The notes: generated by a model from the letters alone, not told the origin. Positions 18,404-27,650 are shown, numbered from the stretch's first letter. The stretch: 50,458 nucleotides of DNA from Candidatus Moraniibacteriota bacterium (GCA_043785755.1 JAYVWV010000033.1:1-50458), one strand, 5' to 3'. Numbers and translations: made by a program.

Positions 18404-18432
18404 TTGACACTGCCCATGGCGTGGCGTAAAAT
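18404..18432 (+). promoter_or_regulatory. sigma70-type promoter of the mraZ (dcw) operon
   Basis: TTGACA at 18404-18409, an exact 17-nt spacer, and TAAAAT at 18427-18432. Confidence 0.6.
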
Positions 18433-18447
18433 GTGGATGTATGTAAT

Positions 18448-18467
18448 AAAAGTGGGTGAAAGTGGGG
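18448..18467 (+). promoter_or_regulatory. candidate MraZ operator boxes
   Basis: Two direct repeats, AAAGTGGG and AAAGTGGGG, have GTGGG cores 10 nt apart (18452 and 18462). A degenerate ATGTGGA lies at 18431-18437. All are just downstream of the -10 element. MraZ proteins are known to bind spaced (A)GTGGG-type repeats at their own promoter. Confidence 0.45.
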
Positions 18468-18566
18468 AATCGACGCAGTCGTCCCAAACTTGATTTGGGA
18501 TCCAGTAATTCGTATAGATACCGGAGATTATCCGTCAGCTGACGGACCGGTGTGACGTGCACCGCC

Positions 18567-19001
18567 ATGTTCATCGGAGAATACTCACATACGATCGATC
18601 CCAAGAAGCGCCTGGCGCTTCCTTCGAAGTTTCGTGGTGAGTTGGGCAACAAAGTCGTGGTGACGCGCGGTCTTGATAGTTGCCTCTTCGTTTACCCAAT
18701 GAAAGTGTGGGAGGAATTGGCGACCAAACTCGGCACACTCCCGGTCGGTGAAGCGGGGACGCGCAGTTTTATCCGCGTCATGCTGGCCGGCGCCACCGAC
18801 GTGGAACTCGACAGTCAGGGGCGTGTGCTTTTGCCGGAATATCTCAAGCATGACGGCGGACTGAAGAAAGATGTCACCATCGTGGGGCTCTTCAATCGTC
18901 TGGAAATCTGGGACACGCAGAAATGGAACAAGTACAAGAGTCTCGCAGAAAAGAACACGGGCAAGATTGCGGAAGACCTCGGGAAGCTCGGGATATATTA
19001 G
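18567..19001 (+). CDS. mraZ: transcriptional regulator MraZ
   Basis: Start at the internal Met gives MFIGEYSHTIDPKKRLALPSKFR. A second SpoVT/AbrB-like repeat reads …ELDSQGRVLLPEYL…. The protein has typical MraZ length and sits directly before rsmH. Confidence 0.9.
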   Translation: MFIGEYSHTIDPKKRLALPSKFRGELGNKVVVTRGLDSCLFVYPMKVWEELATKLGTLPVGEAGTRSFIRVMLAGATDVELDSQGRVLLPEYLKHDGGLKKDVTIVGLFNRLEIWDTQKWNKYKSLAEKNTGKIAEDLGKLGIY

Positions 19002-19145
19002 ACAATCAATAATCAACAGAAAACAGAAAACAGAGAGCAGGATTCAAATATCTCAGCCCAAGGCTGATCCGCCTCGGGCGGAAAAAACGGTTTCAAAAAT
19101 CAAACATCAAAATTTGTGGAAGAAGTTTTAATGTTTGAGGGTTGA

Positions 19146-20120
19146 ATGATAGATATGGAACCGACGAAACACATCCCCGTTTTGCTCGAAGAAGTGAGAG
19201 AGGGCTTGCACCTTCAAAAAGGTATGGTGGTGGTTGACGCGACCTTAGGCGGCGGCGGTCATGCGGCTATGATGCTGAAAGCAGTGCTGCCAACAGGAAA
19301 GGTGATTGCGCTCGATACCGATCGGGAGGCATTGACACGTTTCGAGGAACGCGCCCAATCCGATGCCGTGCTCAGTCAGGCTCTCACAGAAAAGAGTCTG
19401 GTTCTCGTGCAGGGTAATTATTCGGAATTGGCGACGGTACTCGATCAGCTCGGGGTCGCTCGGGCAGATGCTCTCTTGGCTGATCTTGGGTTCTCTTCAG
19501 ATCAGATTGAGGCGGCGGAGCGCGGTTTCAGTTTTCGAGAAGACGGTCCGCTTGATATGCGGCTCAGTCAGGAGACCAGGCTGACAGCTCGTGAGATCGT
19601 TAATGCTTTCTCAGAGGAAGAGATTGTCCGGATCTTGCACGAGTACGGTGATGAGGCGCTCGGCCGACGCATTGCGAGAGCCATCGTGAAGCGGCGTGCG
19701 GAGAAAGCAATCGAAACGACGAGTGATCTAGCGGAGATAGTGAGCGAAGTCTATCCGATGCGGATACGCATGACACAGAAGACTCATCCGGCCACTAAGA
19801 CCTTTCAGGCGCTCCGCATTGCTACCAATCAGGAGTTTGATCATCTAGAGAAATTTCTGGAACAGGCCACTGAGAGACTGGCTCCCGGTGGACGATTGGT
19901 GGTCATTACGTTCCATTCCGGAGAAGACAAGCGCGTCAAGCAGTTTTTCAAAAAACAAGAGCGAGGATGTATTTGTCCGCCTGGTTTCCCGATCTGTCGG
20001 TGTGGGCTCAGTCCGCAGTTGAAAATTCTCACCAAGAAGCCGCTCTCGGCGACCGAAGAGGAACAAAAGCAGAATCCGCGGGCACGCAGCGCGAAACTCC
20101 GCATCGCCGAAAAAATCTGA
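19146..20120 (+). CDS. rsmH: 16S rRNA (cytosine1402-N4)-methyltransferase RsmH
   Basis: The segments HIPVLLEEV, DATLGGGGH, ADLGFSS.Q, FSF…DGPLDMR, TFQALRI..N.E and ITFHS.ED are RsmH/MraW motifs. An alternative start is ATG 19155. Confidence 0.9.
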   Translation: MIDMEPTKHIPVLLEEVREGLHLQKGMVVVDATLGGGGHAAMMLKAVLPTGKVIALDTDREALTRFEERAQSDAVLSQALTEKSLVLVQGNYSELATVLDQLGVARADALLADLGFSSDQIEAAERGFSFREDGPLDMRLSQETRLTAREIVNAFSEEEIVRILHEYGDEALGRRIARAIVKRRAEKAIETTSDLAEIVSEVYPMRIRMTQKTHPATKTFQALRIATNQEFDHLEKFLEQATERLAPGGRLVVITFHSGEDKRVKQFFKKQERGCICPPGFPICRCGLSPQLKILTKKPLSATEEEQKQNPRARSAKLRIAEKI

Positions 20121-20156
20121 CCCGCCAGAGAGAGCGAAAAACAAAATACAATCTAT

Positions 20157-20525
20157 ATGGCAGTCTCCCGTCAAAAAATGATGGTTTCCTGGGTCCCGCG
20201 TACGCGACTCCCCGATCTTTCTGGGTCAGCTCACATGCTGGTTTTGGCGGTGCTGGCGGCACTGTTTGTTTCCGGCGGCGGGTACCTGTACTCAGTCAAT
20301 CAGAATGCTGTCCAGGGGTATCATATGCGGACACTCGAGAAGGAGATCGATGTTTTGAAACAGAAAAATGCTGAGTTGCGCATCGCGGAAGCTGATTTGC
20401 GCTCACTTGGGCGGATTGAGTCTTTACAGGGAGAACTCCAGATGCAGAAACTTGAGAGTGTCAGATATCTTGAAGAAAAGAGGTCAGCCCAAGCAGGCTT
20501 AGGCGGTACCATTGCTTTACGGTAG
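20157..20525 (+). CDS. FtsL/DivIC-like cell division protein
   Basis: 122 aa with a single TM helix (HMLVLAVLAALFVSGGGYLY) followed by a coiled coil (TLEKEIDVLKQKNAELRIAEADL). It sits between rsmH and ftsI, as ftsL does in dcw clusters. Confidence 0.5.
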   Translation: MAVSRQKMMVSWVPRTRLPDLSGSAHMLVLAVLAALFVSGGGYLYSVNQNAVQGYHMRTLEKEIDVLKQKNAELRIAEADLRSLGRIESLQGELQMQKLESVRYLEEKRSAQAGLGGTIALR

Positions 20526-20563
20526 GATGCCTGTGCTCTCGCGAGACTACTGAGACTGACGAT

Positions 20564-22339
20564 ATGCGAACCACGGGCCGCTTTCAATCAAAAAAAACCA
20601 AAAGACCAGCAGAAGGGCGTGCTGGTTTTTTGCGGGTGCGCGTATTTTTGTTTCTCATTTTTCTCATTGGCTTTTTCGTTATCGGGCGTCTGTTCTTTTT
20701 GCAGGTCTTTTCCCATGCAAAATGGTTGGCGTTGGCCGAGACTCAACACAATACATCTCAGGAACTGACAGCTGACCGCGGGGAAATATATATCCATGAT
20801 GGAGCGGAGGATCGTTACCCGTTGGCCGTCAATCGTGAGTATCAGACGGTGTATGTTGTTCCCAAGAATATTGCCGAGAAGGATATGGTCGCTCTCAAGC
20901 TTTCCCAGGCTTTGGATATTGATGCGCGCGAAATCAGCGACAAACTGAACCGGCCTGATGATCCCTTTGAGATTATTAAGAAGCGCTTAAGCGATGACGA
21001 AGTGGCTCGCGTGAAAGAGCTTCATCTGAAAGGTGTGGCGTTACTTTCAGATATGGGACGATATTATCCAGCGGGGGAACTGGCTGCCCAGGTGGTGGGG
21101 TTTGCCAGTCTCGGTGAGCAAGGGGGGGCGGGCGGCTATGGTATCGAGGCTTCGCAAGATAGTCTCCTTCGGGGACAGAAGGGTCAGATTTCCCAGGAAA
21201 AGGATGCGAGCGGCCGCTGGATTCCTTTGACGGATCGTTCGATTACCGAAGCAGATAATGGGAAGAGCTTGGTACTGACCCTTGATCGCGTGATTCAGTA
21301 CGAGACGGAAAAAATTCTCAAGGATTCGGTTGACCGTTATCAGGCTGATCGCGCCACGGCGATCGTCATGGAGCCCCAGACGGGGAATATTTTGGCCATG
21401 GCTTCTTCGCCACAGTTTGATCCCAATAGCTATTCCAAAGAGACAGATTACTCAATTTTTCTCAATCCGGCTGTCACCACGGCCTATGAACCGGGTTCGA
21501 TCATGAAGCCAATTACCATGGCTATCGGTTTGGAGGAAAACAAAGTGGCGCCTACCACGGAATACACCGATACCGGAGCAGTGGCAGAGGCGGGCTATAC
21601 CATCCACAATGCCGAAGGGAAGTCCTATGGGCGAAGTAGTATGTTTCGGGTACTCGATCAATCTATCAATACCGGCGCCATCTATGTGGAGAAGCTTTTG
21701 GGAAACAAGCTTTTCGGTGATTATCTCGCGCGTTTCGGGTTTGGGACGCGGACGGGCGTGGCGTTGCCAGCCGAACTGCCTGGTAATCTGAAGAGTCTGC
21801 ATAATGAACGTGCCACACTGAATTTTTTTACGGCATCGTTCGGACAGGGTATCACCACGACACCGATTCAGATGATCACGGCCTATGCTGCTCTGGCTAA
21901 TGGAGGCCGCCTGCTCAAACCAAATATCATTGATAAGATCATTTACGCTTCCGGACAGGAAGAGAAACAGAATCCAACGGAAGTGCGTCGGGTGATGAGC
22001 GAGGAGACGAGCCAGACTATCGGCACGATGCTGCGAAGTGTAGTGGTCAATGGTCATGGGAAGCAGGCCAATGTCCCTGGTTACATCGTGGTTGGAAAGA
22101 CGGGGACAGCTCAGGTGGTGGCCAGTGGCGCCAAAAGGTACCAGGAAGGCGCGAGTATCGGCTCTTTCGTGGGCTACGCTCCGCTCGGCGACCCGCGCTT
22201 TGTTGTCCTCGTGAAGCTCGACAACCCAAAGAATGTTGAGTGGGCCGAGTCGAGTGCTGCCCCGACCTTTCGCGAAATCATGAAATTTCTGTTAGAGTAT
22301 GCCAAGATCAAACCAACTGAGGAAACGCATCACAAATGA
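20564..22339 (+). CDS. ftsI: penicillin-binding protein (class B transpeptidase, FtsI/PBP2-like)
   Basis: 591 aa with an N-terminal TM helix and a PBP dimerisation region. The transpeptidase motifs are SIMK (SxxK), SIN (SxN) and KTGTA (KTG). Confidence 0.85.
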   Translation: MRTTGRFQSKKTKRPAEGRAGFLRVRVFLFLIFLIGFFVIGRLFFLQVFSHAKWLALAETQHNTSQELTADRGEIYIHDGAEDRYPLAVNREYQTVYVVPKNIAEKDMVALKLSQALDIDAREISDKLNRPDDPFEIIKKRLSDDEVARVKELHLKGVALLSDMGRYYPAGELAAQVVGFASLGEQGGAGGYGIEASQDSLLRGQKGQISQEKDASGRWIPLTDRSITEADNGKSLVLTLDRVIQYETEKILKDSVDRYQADRATAIVMEPQTGNILAMASSPQFDPNSYSKETDYSIFLNPAVTTAYEPGSIMKPITMAIGLEENKVAPTTEYTDTGAVAEAGYTIHNAEGKSYGRSSMFRVLDQSINTGAIYVEKLLGNKLFGDYLARFGFGTRTGVALPAELPGNLKSLHNERATLNFFTASFGQGITTTPIQMITAYAALANGGRLLKPNIIDKIIYASGQEEKQNPTEVRRVMSEETSQTIGTMLRSVVVNGHGKQANVPGYIVVGKTGTAQVVASGAKRYQEGASIGSFVGYAPLGDPRFVVLVKLDNPKNVEWAESSAAPTFREIMKFLLEYAKIKPTEETHHK

Positions 22340-22352
22340 TGATTTCTAGAAT

Positions 22353-23681
22353 ATGACTGTCAATAAGAGAAAATTATTGGAAAGGGCGCTTTGTTTCATG
22401 GCGCGCCGGGTACTCAAGAAGTATCAGCCGCTGATCGTTGGTATCACTGGGTCGGTGGGAAAGAGCTCTACCAAGGAAGCCGTCGCGCTGGCGCTCGGCG
22501 TCGCTTACAGCGTGCGTCAAACCGAGGGTAACTATAACAATGAAATTGGTGTTCCTCTCACTATCATCGGTGCTCGAAGTGGGGAGCGCTCACTCCTCCG
22601 TTGGACAGCTGTACTGTTCAAGTGGCTCGCGGTGCTGATTTTTCCAGTGCGCTATCCAGAAGTACTGGTTTTGGAAATGGGTATCGACCACCCGGGGGAT
22701 ATGGATTACCTTCTGAGTTTTGTGCCGGTGACGATCGGTATTGTCACTCAGATTTCTGCGAGCCATCTCGTTTCTTTCGGTTCATTGGCTCAGATTGCCC
22801 GTGAAAAAGGTCGACTCATTGTTTCGCTGCCGGAAGATGGCATTGCTATTCTCAATGCTGACGACAAACGGACGCTCAAAATGGGAGAGAAGACTCAGGC
22901 GCGGGTGCTGACGTATGGTTTTGATGACGCGGCCAACATCCATGCGGACAATTTCGTGCCGAACCGTGAAGCCAAGCGGGCCGAGGGTCTCAGTTTCAAG
23001 GTGAATTTCGACGGCAAGACCATGCCACTTCGCCTTCCCAAGGTCGTGGCCAAGCACCACATCCCGGCTGTTTTGGCCGCTTTGGCACTGGGTGTCGCGC
23101 TGAAGATCAATCCGGTTGAGATTATTAATGCTTTAGAAAATTTCGAGCCGCTTCCAGGACGACTCCGACTTCTTTCTGGTCGGGACAATACCTATCTCCT
23201 CGATGATACCTATAATGCTTCCTCGGCTTCGACTGTGGCCGCTTTACGGGTGATGAGTGAGCTTATGGCACCGAGAAAAATTGCTGTTTTGGGTGATATG
23301 TTGGAACTGGGCGCCGGGAGTGACGCAGAGCATGCGGCGCTGGCTCTGCCCATCCGCGAATGTGGTATCCAAATCGTGATGACGGTCGGTCAGCACATGC
23401 GGGCCCTGCACGAACGCCTCCTCAAAGAGGGTTTTTCCCGCAAACAGGTCTTGTGGTTGCCTGATCCACTCTCGGCTATTGAAGCGCTACGGAATATTAT
23501 CCGTTATGACGATCTCATCCTGATCAAGGGGTCGCAGGGGATGCGCATGGAAAAAATATCCGAGCAGCTCTTGGTTGATCCGCGTGTCGCAGGTTCTCTT
23601 CTTTGTCGGCAGGGCGCGACCTGGCGTGCCAAGCCGTTTACACCGCCGGAAGAATGGACGGAAGGGGCCGACATTTCGTGA
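22353..23681 (+). CDS. murF: UDP-N-acetylmuramoyl-tripeptide--D-alanyl-D-alanine ligase
   Basis: 442 aa with the Mur-ligase P-loop GITGSVGKSSTKE. The segments NYNNEIGVPLT, DDTYNAS and GDMLELG are typical of MurF. dcw context supports the call. Confidence 0.85.
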   Translation: MTVNKRKLLERALCFMARRVLKKYQPLIVGITGSVGKSSTKEAVALALGVAYSVRQTEGNYNNEIGVPLTIIGARSGERSLLRWTAVLFKWLAVLIFPVRYPEVLVLEMGIDHPGDMDYLLSFVPVTIGIVTQISASHLVSFGSLAQIAREKGRLIVSLPEDGIAILNADDKRTLKMGEKTQARVLTYGFDDAANIHADNFVPNREAKRAEGLSFKVNFDGKTMPLRLPKVVAKHHIPAVLAALALGVALKINPVEIINALENFEPLPGRLRLLSGRDNTYLLDDTYNASSASTVAALRVMSELMAPRKIAVLGDMLELGAGSDAEHAALALPIRECGIQIVMTVGQHMRALHERLLKEGFSRKQVLWLPDPLSAIEALRNIIRYDDLILIKGSQGMRMEKISEQLLVDPRVAGSLLCRQGATWRAKPFTPPEEWTEGADIS

Positions 23682-23700
23682 CTCGTAATGTTTCTTTGCC

Positions 23701-24642
23701 ATGAGTTTTTTATCGGGACTGATGATCGTCTTGGGACTGATCCTCTTTGAAACGGTGTCGAGCATCGATAATGCGGTCATCAATGCCGAGGTCCTTTCGA
23801 CGATGAAGAAGAAGGCCCGTCGGTTCTTTATGACCTAGGGGATTTTTTTTGCGGTTTTCGTGGTCCGGGGCGTCCTACCGTGGCTCATCGTTTTCGCTAC
23901 TATACCGAGTCTTGGTTTTTTCGGATCATTGACGGCTACTTTTTCCAATGACCCACTGGTGACCGCGGCGATTCGTTCATCGGCACCGCTCCTCCTCATG
24001 GGAGGCGGCATTTTTTTACTCTGCCTTTTTCTCCACTGGCTTTTTCTGGAGACCAAGCATTTCGGTTTGCGGGCAGAGAGTTTTTTTCTGGAACAGGGCG
24101 CGTGGTTTTATGCCATCGTCTCGCTCCTGCTTATGACAGTGGTCTGGTATGTCCTCAAGCAGAGCTCGCTCCTAGCTTTCGGCGCGGTGGTAGGATCGAC
24201 GGCCTTTTTTATCACCCATGGTTTTCGCCAGTATGCTGAAGAAACAGAACGTAAACTGATCGGGGGCGGGATGTCTGATATCAGCAAGATTCTCTTTTTG
24301 GAAGTGATCGATATGAGTTTCTCGATTGATGGCGTGCTCGGTGCCTTCGCCTTTACATTGTCGGTCCCGCGCATCCTTCTCGGTAACGGTGTCGGGGCAA
24401 TCATCGTGCGGCAGCTGACCGCGGCTAATATCGAACACGTGCAGCGATATATCTATTTAAAGAACGGCGCCATGTACTCTATCCTCTGTCTGGGGCTCGT
24501 CATGCTTGCTGAGGGTTTTGGTTTTCATATACCGCTGTGGCTTTCTCCGGCCTTGACCTTTCTCATTGTGGGGTATTTTTTTCGGGTATCGCGGCGGAGA
24601 GTGTTACAAGAAATGGTTGCACGCTCCAAAGAAAAAGTGTAA
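23701..24642 (+). pseudogene. DUF475/TerC-like integral membrane protein interrupted by an in-frame TAG (23836-23838)
   Basis: From ATG 23701 the frame reads MSFLSGLMIVLGLILFETVSSIDNAVINAEVLSTMKKKARRFFMT*GIFFAVFVVRGVLPWLIV…. It continues in the same frame into ORF 23860-24642. SIDNAVINA is the family's signature motif and lies upstream of the stop. The track ORF starts only at a GTG inside a TM helix. Confidence 0.55.
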
Positions 24643-24716
24643 GATAGCAGTGGAGGAAGCACACAAGGTGAGTGATTTCTTCCGGTAAGCAGTTCTAATC
24701 CGTGATGTGTAGTCAT

Positions 24717-25118
24717 ATGACTGACAGTGCAACGAAAGATCGGGATTTTATCGAGTATGCAGTAAAGATGCTCGTCGATAATCCGGACGATGTAAAGGTG
24801 GAACGAAAGATTGACGAGATGGGTGTCCTCATCACGCTTGATGTTAATCCGAAGGATATGGGGATGGTGATCGGTCGCGAAGGCATGACCGCCAAGGCGC
24901 TCCGCACCCTGCTCCGTGTCATCGGTGCCCGGAACAGTGCCCGAGTGAATTTGAAGATCAATGAGCCGGAAGGATCGGAACGTCCACCGCGCGAACCTCG
25001 TGGTACAAGTGTTTCTGAATCTCATGAGTCTCATGAATCCTACGCCACGCCTGTTACAGAACGACCGGTTGAGGAAAAGAAGACACTCGACGATGTGATG
25101 AACGACATTCGTCTATAA
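24717..25118 (+). CDS. KH-domain RNA-binding protein (UPF0109/YlqC-like)
   Basis: The segment …YAVKMLVDNPDDVKVERKIDEMGVLITLDVNPKDMGMVIGREGMTAKALRTLLRVIG… has the KH type II GxxG-like core (IGREG). A low-complexity acidic/His-rich C-terminal tail follows. Confidence 0.75.
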   Translation: MTDSATKDRDFIEYAVKMLVDNPDDVKVERKIDEMGVLITLDVNPKDMGMVIGREGMTAKALRTLLRVIGARNSARVNLKINEPEGSERPPREPRGTSVSESHESHESYATPVTERPVEEKKTLDDVMNDIRL

Positions 25119-25131
25119 TATTTCTTCAGTC

Positions 25132-25263
25132 AAGGACTCCTGGTTTTGGCACATTTCTTTGTTGCAGGCTCTGGTGCTCGACACCGTATCGGAATACGGC
25201 TTACTCCGCTCCTCGCTTGCGCCTCGAACTGTACTCAAAACCAGGAGTCCTTTTGTGTTTTTT
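25132..25263 (+). other. long-range hairpin (16-bp perfect stem enclosing about 89 nt) plus T-tract after the KH gene
   Basis: AAGGACTCCTGGTTTT (25132-25147) pairs perfectly with AAAACCAGGAGTCCTT (25237-25252). TTTTGTGTTTTTT follows. An inner hairpin CCGTAT-CGGA-ATACGG lies at 25184-25199. This could be an unusual terminator or a small RNA/insert. Confidence 0.4.
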
Positions 25264-25530
25264 AGAAGGTATCACTCAAGCAGTCAGCGGTTTTTGCTTT
25301 TATTGGTGGGATATTTTAGAATAGAGGTACTTTAAAGTGACGGACAGATAAGAAGAATCGCAGGGATTCTTTTATGTTTCGCTCGGAGCGCGACTTGGAA
25401 GTGACCGAGCACGGTTCCGACCGAATTTTTTGGTCGGATCGGGCGCTTCCATGTCAGTCTAAACCACGCTGGGGTTTAGGCGGCGCTACAGTGGAACTAA
25501 AAGAAGCCACGACTATTTATTGAACAATTT

Positions 25531-26088
25531 ATGAAAACTGAGAAAACAGCCTTGGAAGGAGTGGTCGTTATCGAGCCGGATGTTTTTACTGATGAGCGTG
25601 GGTTTTTTCTGGAAACATTTCAGGAAGAGCGTTATCGGGAAATTCTGGGCGATGGTGTTCATTTTGTGCAGGACAATGTCAATCTCTCGAAGCAGGGAGT
25701 ATTGCGCGGACTACACTACCAGAAACCGCCCTTTGCTCAGGGGAAATTGGTCCAGGCATTGCGCGGCCGCGTACTCGATGTCGCGGTGGATATCCGTTTT
25801 GGTTCACCGACCTTTGGCCGGTCTATCATGGTAGAACTCTCAGGTGAAAATCATCGACAACTTTTCATTCCCGCAGGCTTTCTTCATGGCTTTCTGGCGC
25901 TCGAGGATGATACGCTCTTCTCCTACAAATGTACTCATGTCTATTCGAGAGCACACGAGCGTGGCGTCATCTGGAACGATCCGGCATTGGCCATCGTGTG
26001 GGGGACTCTCCAGCCGATTCTGGCGACCAAGGATACAGAGCTCCCGCTGTTCGCCGCTTTGTCGCAGGATTTCACTTACCCATCATAA
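25531..26088 (+). CDS. rfbC: dTDP-4-dehydrorhamnose 3,5-epimerase
   Basis: 185 aa. The segments F.DERGFF.E.F, RGLHYQ, QGKLV and GFLHGF are RmlC cupin motifs. Confidence 0.9.
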   Translation: MKTEKTALEGVVVIEPDVFTDERGFFLETFQEERYREILGDGVHFVQDNVNLSKQGVLRGLHYQKPPFAQGKLVQALRGRVLDVAVDIRFGSPTFGRSIMVELSGENHRQLFIPAGFLHGFLALEDDTLFSYKCTHVYSRAHERGVIWNDPALAIVWGTLQPILATKDTELPLFAALSQDFTYPS

Positions 26089-26098
26089 TCACTCACCT

Positions 26099-27103
26099 AT
26101 GAAACTTCTGGTCACGGGCGGAGCGGGCTTCATCGGTTCTAATTTTATTCACGCCATCCTTGAAAAGTATCCGGAGTACCAGGTGACGAACGTGGATGCC
26201 TTGACCTATGCCGGCAACTTGGAAAATCTGCGTGCCCTCGAGAGCGATCAACGTTATCATTTCGTCAAGGGCGATATCACTGACGCGACCCTGGTCGATG
26301 GGCTGGTGGCCGAGTGTGATATCGTGGTGCACTTCGCTGCCGAGTCACATGTCGATCGCTCTATCATGGATCCCAGTGTGTTCATCGAGACCAATGTCCG
26401 TGGGACGGCTGTCCTTCTCGAAGCGGCGCGGAAATATAGTAAGCGCTTCCATCATGTTTCGACCGATGAGGTGTTTGGGGCTTTGGGTGCCGATGACCAG
26501 CCGTTCGATGAGACAACACCGTATGACCCCAGGAGTCCCTACAGCGCGAGTAAGGCCGCTGCGGATCATTTGGTACGGGCGTATTTCCATACCTACGGTT
26601 TGCCGGTCACTATTTCCAATTGTTCCAATAACTACGGTCCCTACCATTTTCCGGAAAAACTGATTCCGCTCGCTATCACCAATCTTTTGGAGGAGAAAGC
26701 GGTACCGGTCTATGGCGATGGACTGCAGGTGCGTGATTGGCTCTCTGTCGAGGACCACTGCCGAGCCATTGATCTGATTCTTCATCAAGGAAAACTTGGT
26801 GAGACCTACTGTATTGGCGGTGGGGCTGAACGGGAGAATATTTGGATGGTGAAGAAACTCATCGAACTTACGGGGAAAGATGAAAGCATGATCGAGTATG
26901 TCGAGGATCGCGCTGGTCATGATCAACGTTACGCTATCAATTTTTCCAAGATACAGAATGAACTGGGGTGGGCGCCGACCGTCACTCTAGAGGAGGGTCT
27001 GGCCAAGACCGTAGCCTGGTTTCAGGAGAATGAGAATTGGTGGAAGAATGTAAAGAATGGAGACTATCAGAAGTATTACGCTGAGCAGTATGGAAAACGA
27101 TAG
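26099..27103 (+). CDS. rfbB: dTDP-glucose 4,6-dehydratase
   Basis: Start is taken at ATG 26099, giving MKLLVTGGAGFIGSNF (Rossmann GxxGxxG). The segments HFAAESHVDRS, YSASKAA.DH (YxxxK) and NCSNNYGPY.FPEKLIP are present. The upstream part of ORF 25844 overlaps rfbC and is discarded. Confidence 0.92.
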   Translation: MKLLVTGGAGFIGSNFIHAILEKYPEYQVTNVDALTYAGNLENLRALESDQRYHFVKGDITDATLVDGLVAECDIVVHFAAESHVDRSIMDPSVFIETNVRGTAVLLEAARKYSKRFHHVSTDEVFGALGADDQPFDETTPYDPRSPYSASKAAADHLVRAYFHTYGLPVTISNCSNNYGPYHFPEKLIPLAITNLLEEKAVPVYGDGLQVRDWLSVEDHCRAIDLILHQGKLGETYCIGGGAERENIWMVKKLIELTGKDESMIEYVEDRAGHDQRYAINFSKIQNELGWAPTVTLEEGLAKTVAWFQENENWWKNVKNGDYQKYYAEQYGKR

Positions 27104-27650
27104 TATGGAAACGATTACGCACAAGGGAAAAATGATCGAGGTAGTACAGAGGGCGGTAGAACAAGGCGGCGCGACTAAGACGTTTGAGTTTGCGCGACGT
27201 TCTCCTGGGACACGTCTCATCATTCCTCAGGAAGCAACGATCCTTCTTACCAGGGAGTTTCGTCATGAAGTCGGTGGTTACGATTATCGTTTGCCGGGTG
27301 GCAAGGTCTATGATTCGTTCGATGAGTATAATGAAGCCCTGGCGGCCGGAGTCGATATCAATGAATCTGCCAAGAAAGCAGCCGTCAAGGAAGCGCGTGA
27401 GGAAGTCGGTGTGGCAGTGAAAGATATTTCTTTTTTTCATAAATCCGTCTGCGGTGCCACGGTGGTCTGGGATCTCTTTTATTTTGTGGTCAATGACTTT
27501 ACGGAAGGGGCACAGGAGCTCGAACACGGCGAGGACATCACTTTTGCATTCTATAGTCGGGAGAAAGTGAAAGAGATGTGTTTGGACGGCTCTGTCAGCG
27601 AAGAACGGAGTGCGCTTGTTTTGCTCCGATATTTGGAGAGAAAAATATGA
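27090..27650 (+). CDS. NUDIX hydrolase
   Basis: A Nudix box-like segment GGKV…(x)…AAVKEAREEVGV is present, containing the REx2EE core. Start is ambiguous (27057, 27090 or 27105). ATG 27105 lies 1 nt after the rfbB stop. Confidence 0.7.
   Translation: MENDSMETITHKGKMIEVVQRAVEQGGATKTFEFARRSPGTRLIIPQEATILLTREFRHEVGGYDYRLPGGKVYDSFDEYNEALAAGVDINESAKKAAVKEAREEVGVAVKDISFFHKSVCGATVVWDLFYFVVNDFTEGAQELEHGEDITFAFYSREKVKEMCLDGSVSEERSALVLLRYLERKI

Noticed and set aside
23836-23838. Genome-wide reassignment of TAG, or another stop codon, as an explanation for the in-frame amber codon.
   Set aside because: TAG, TAA and TGA each terminate several confidently identified genes at expected protein lengths in this window. 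TAG does so at 3878, 5959, 8428 and 9932. TGA does so at 7673, 10934 and 22339. No other gene needs read-through.
25844-26098. A long 5' extension of the rfbB ORF overlapping rfbC (419-aa version).
   Set aside because: The extension lies inside rfbC in another frame and has no homology-like features. MKLLVTGGAGFIGS at 26099 is the canonical dehydratase N-terminus.
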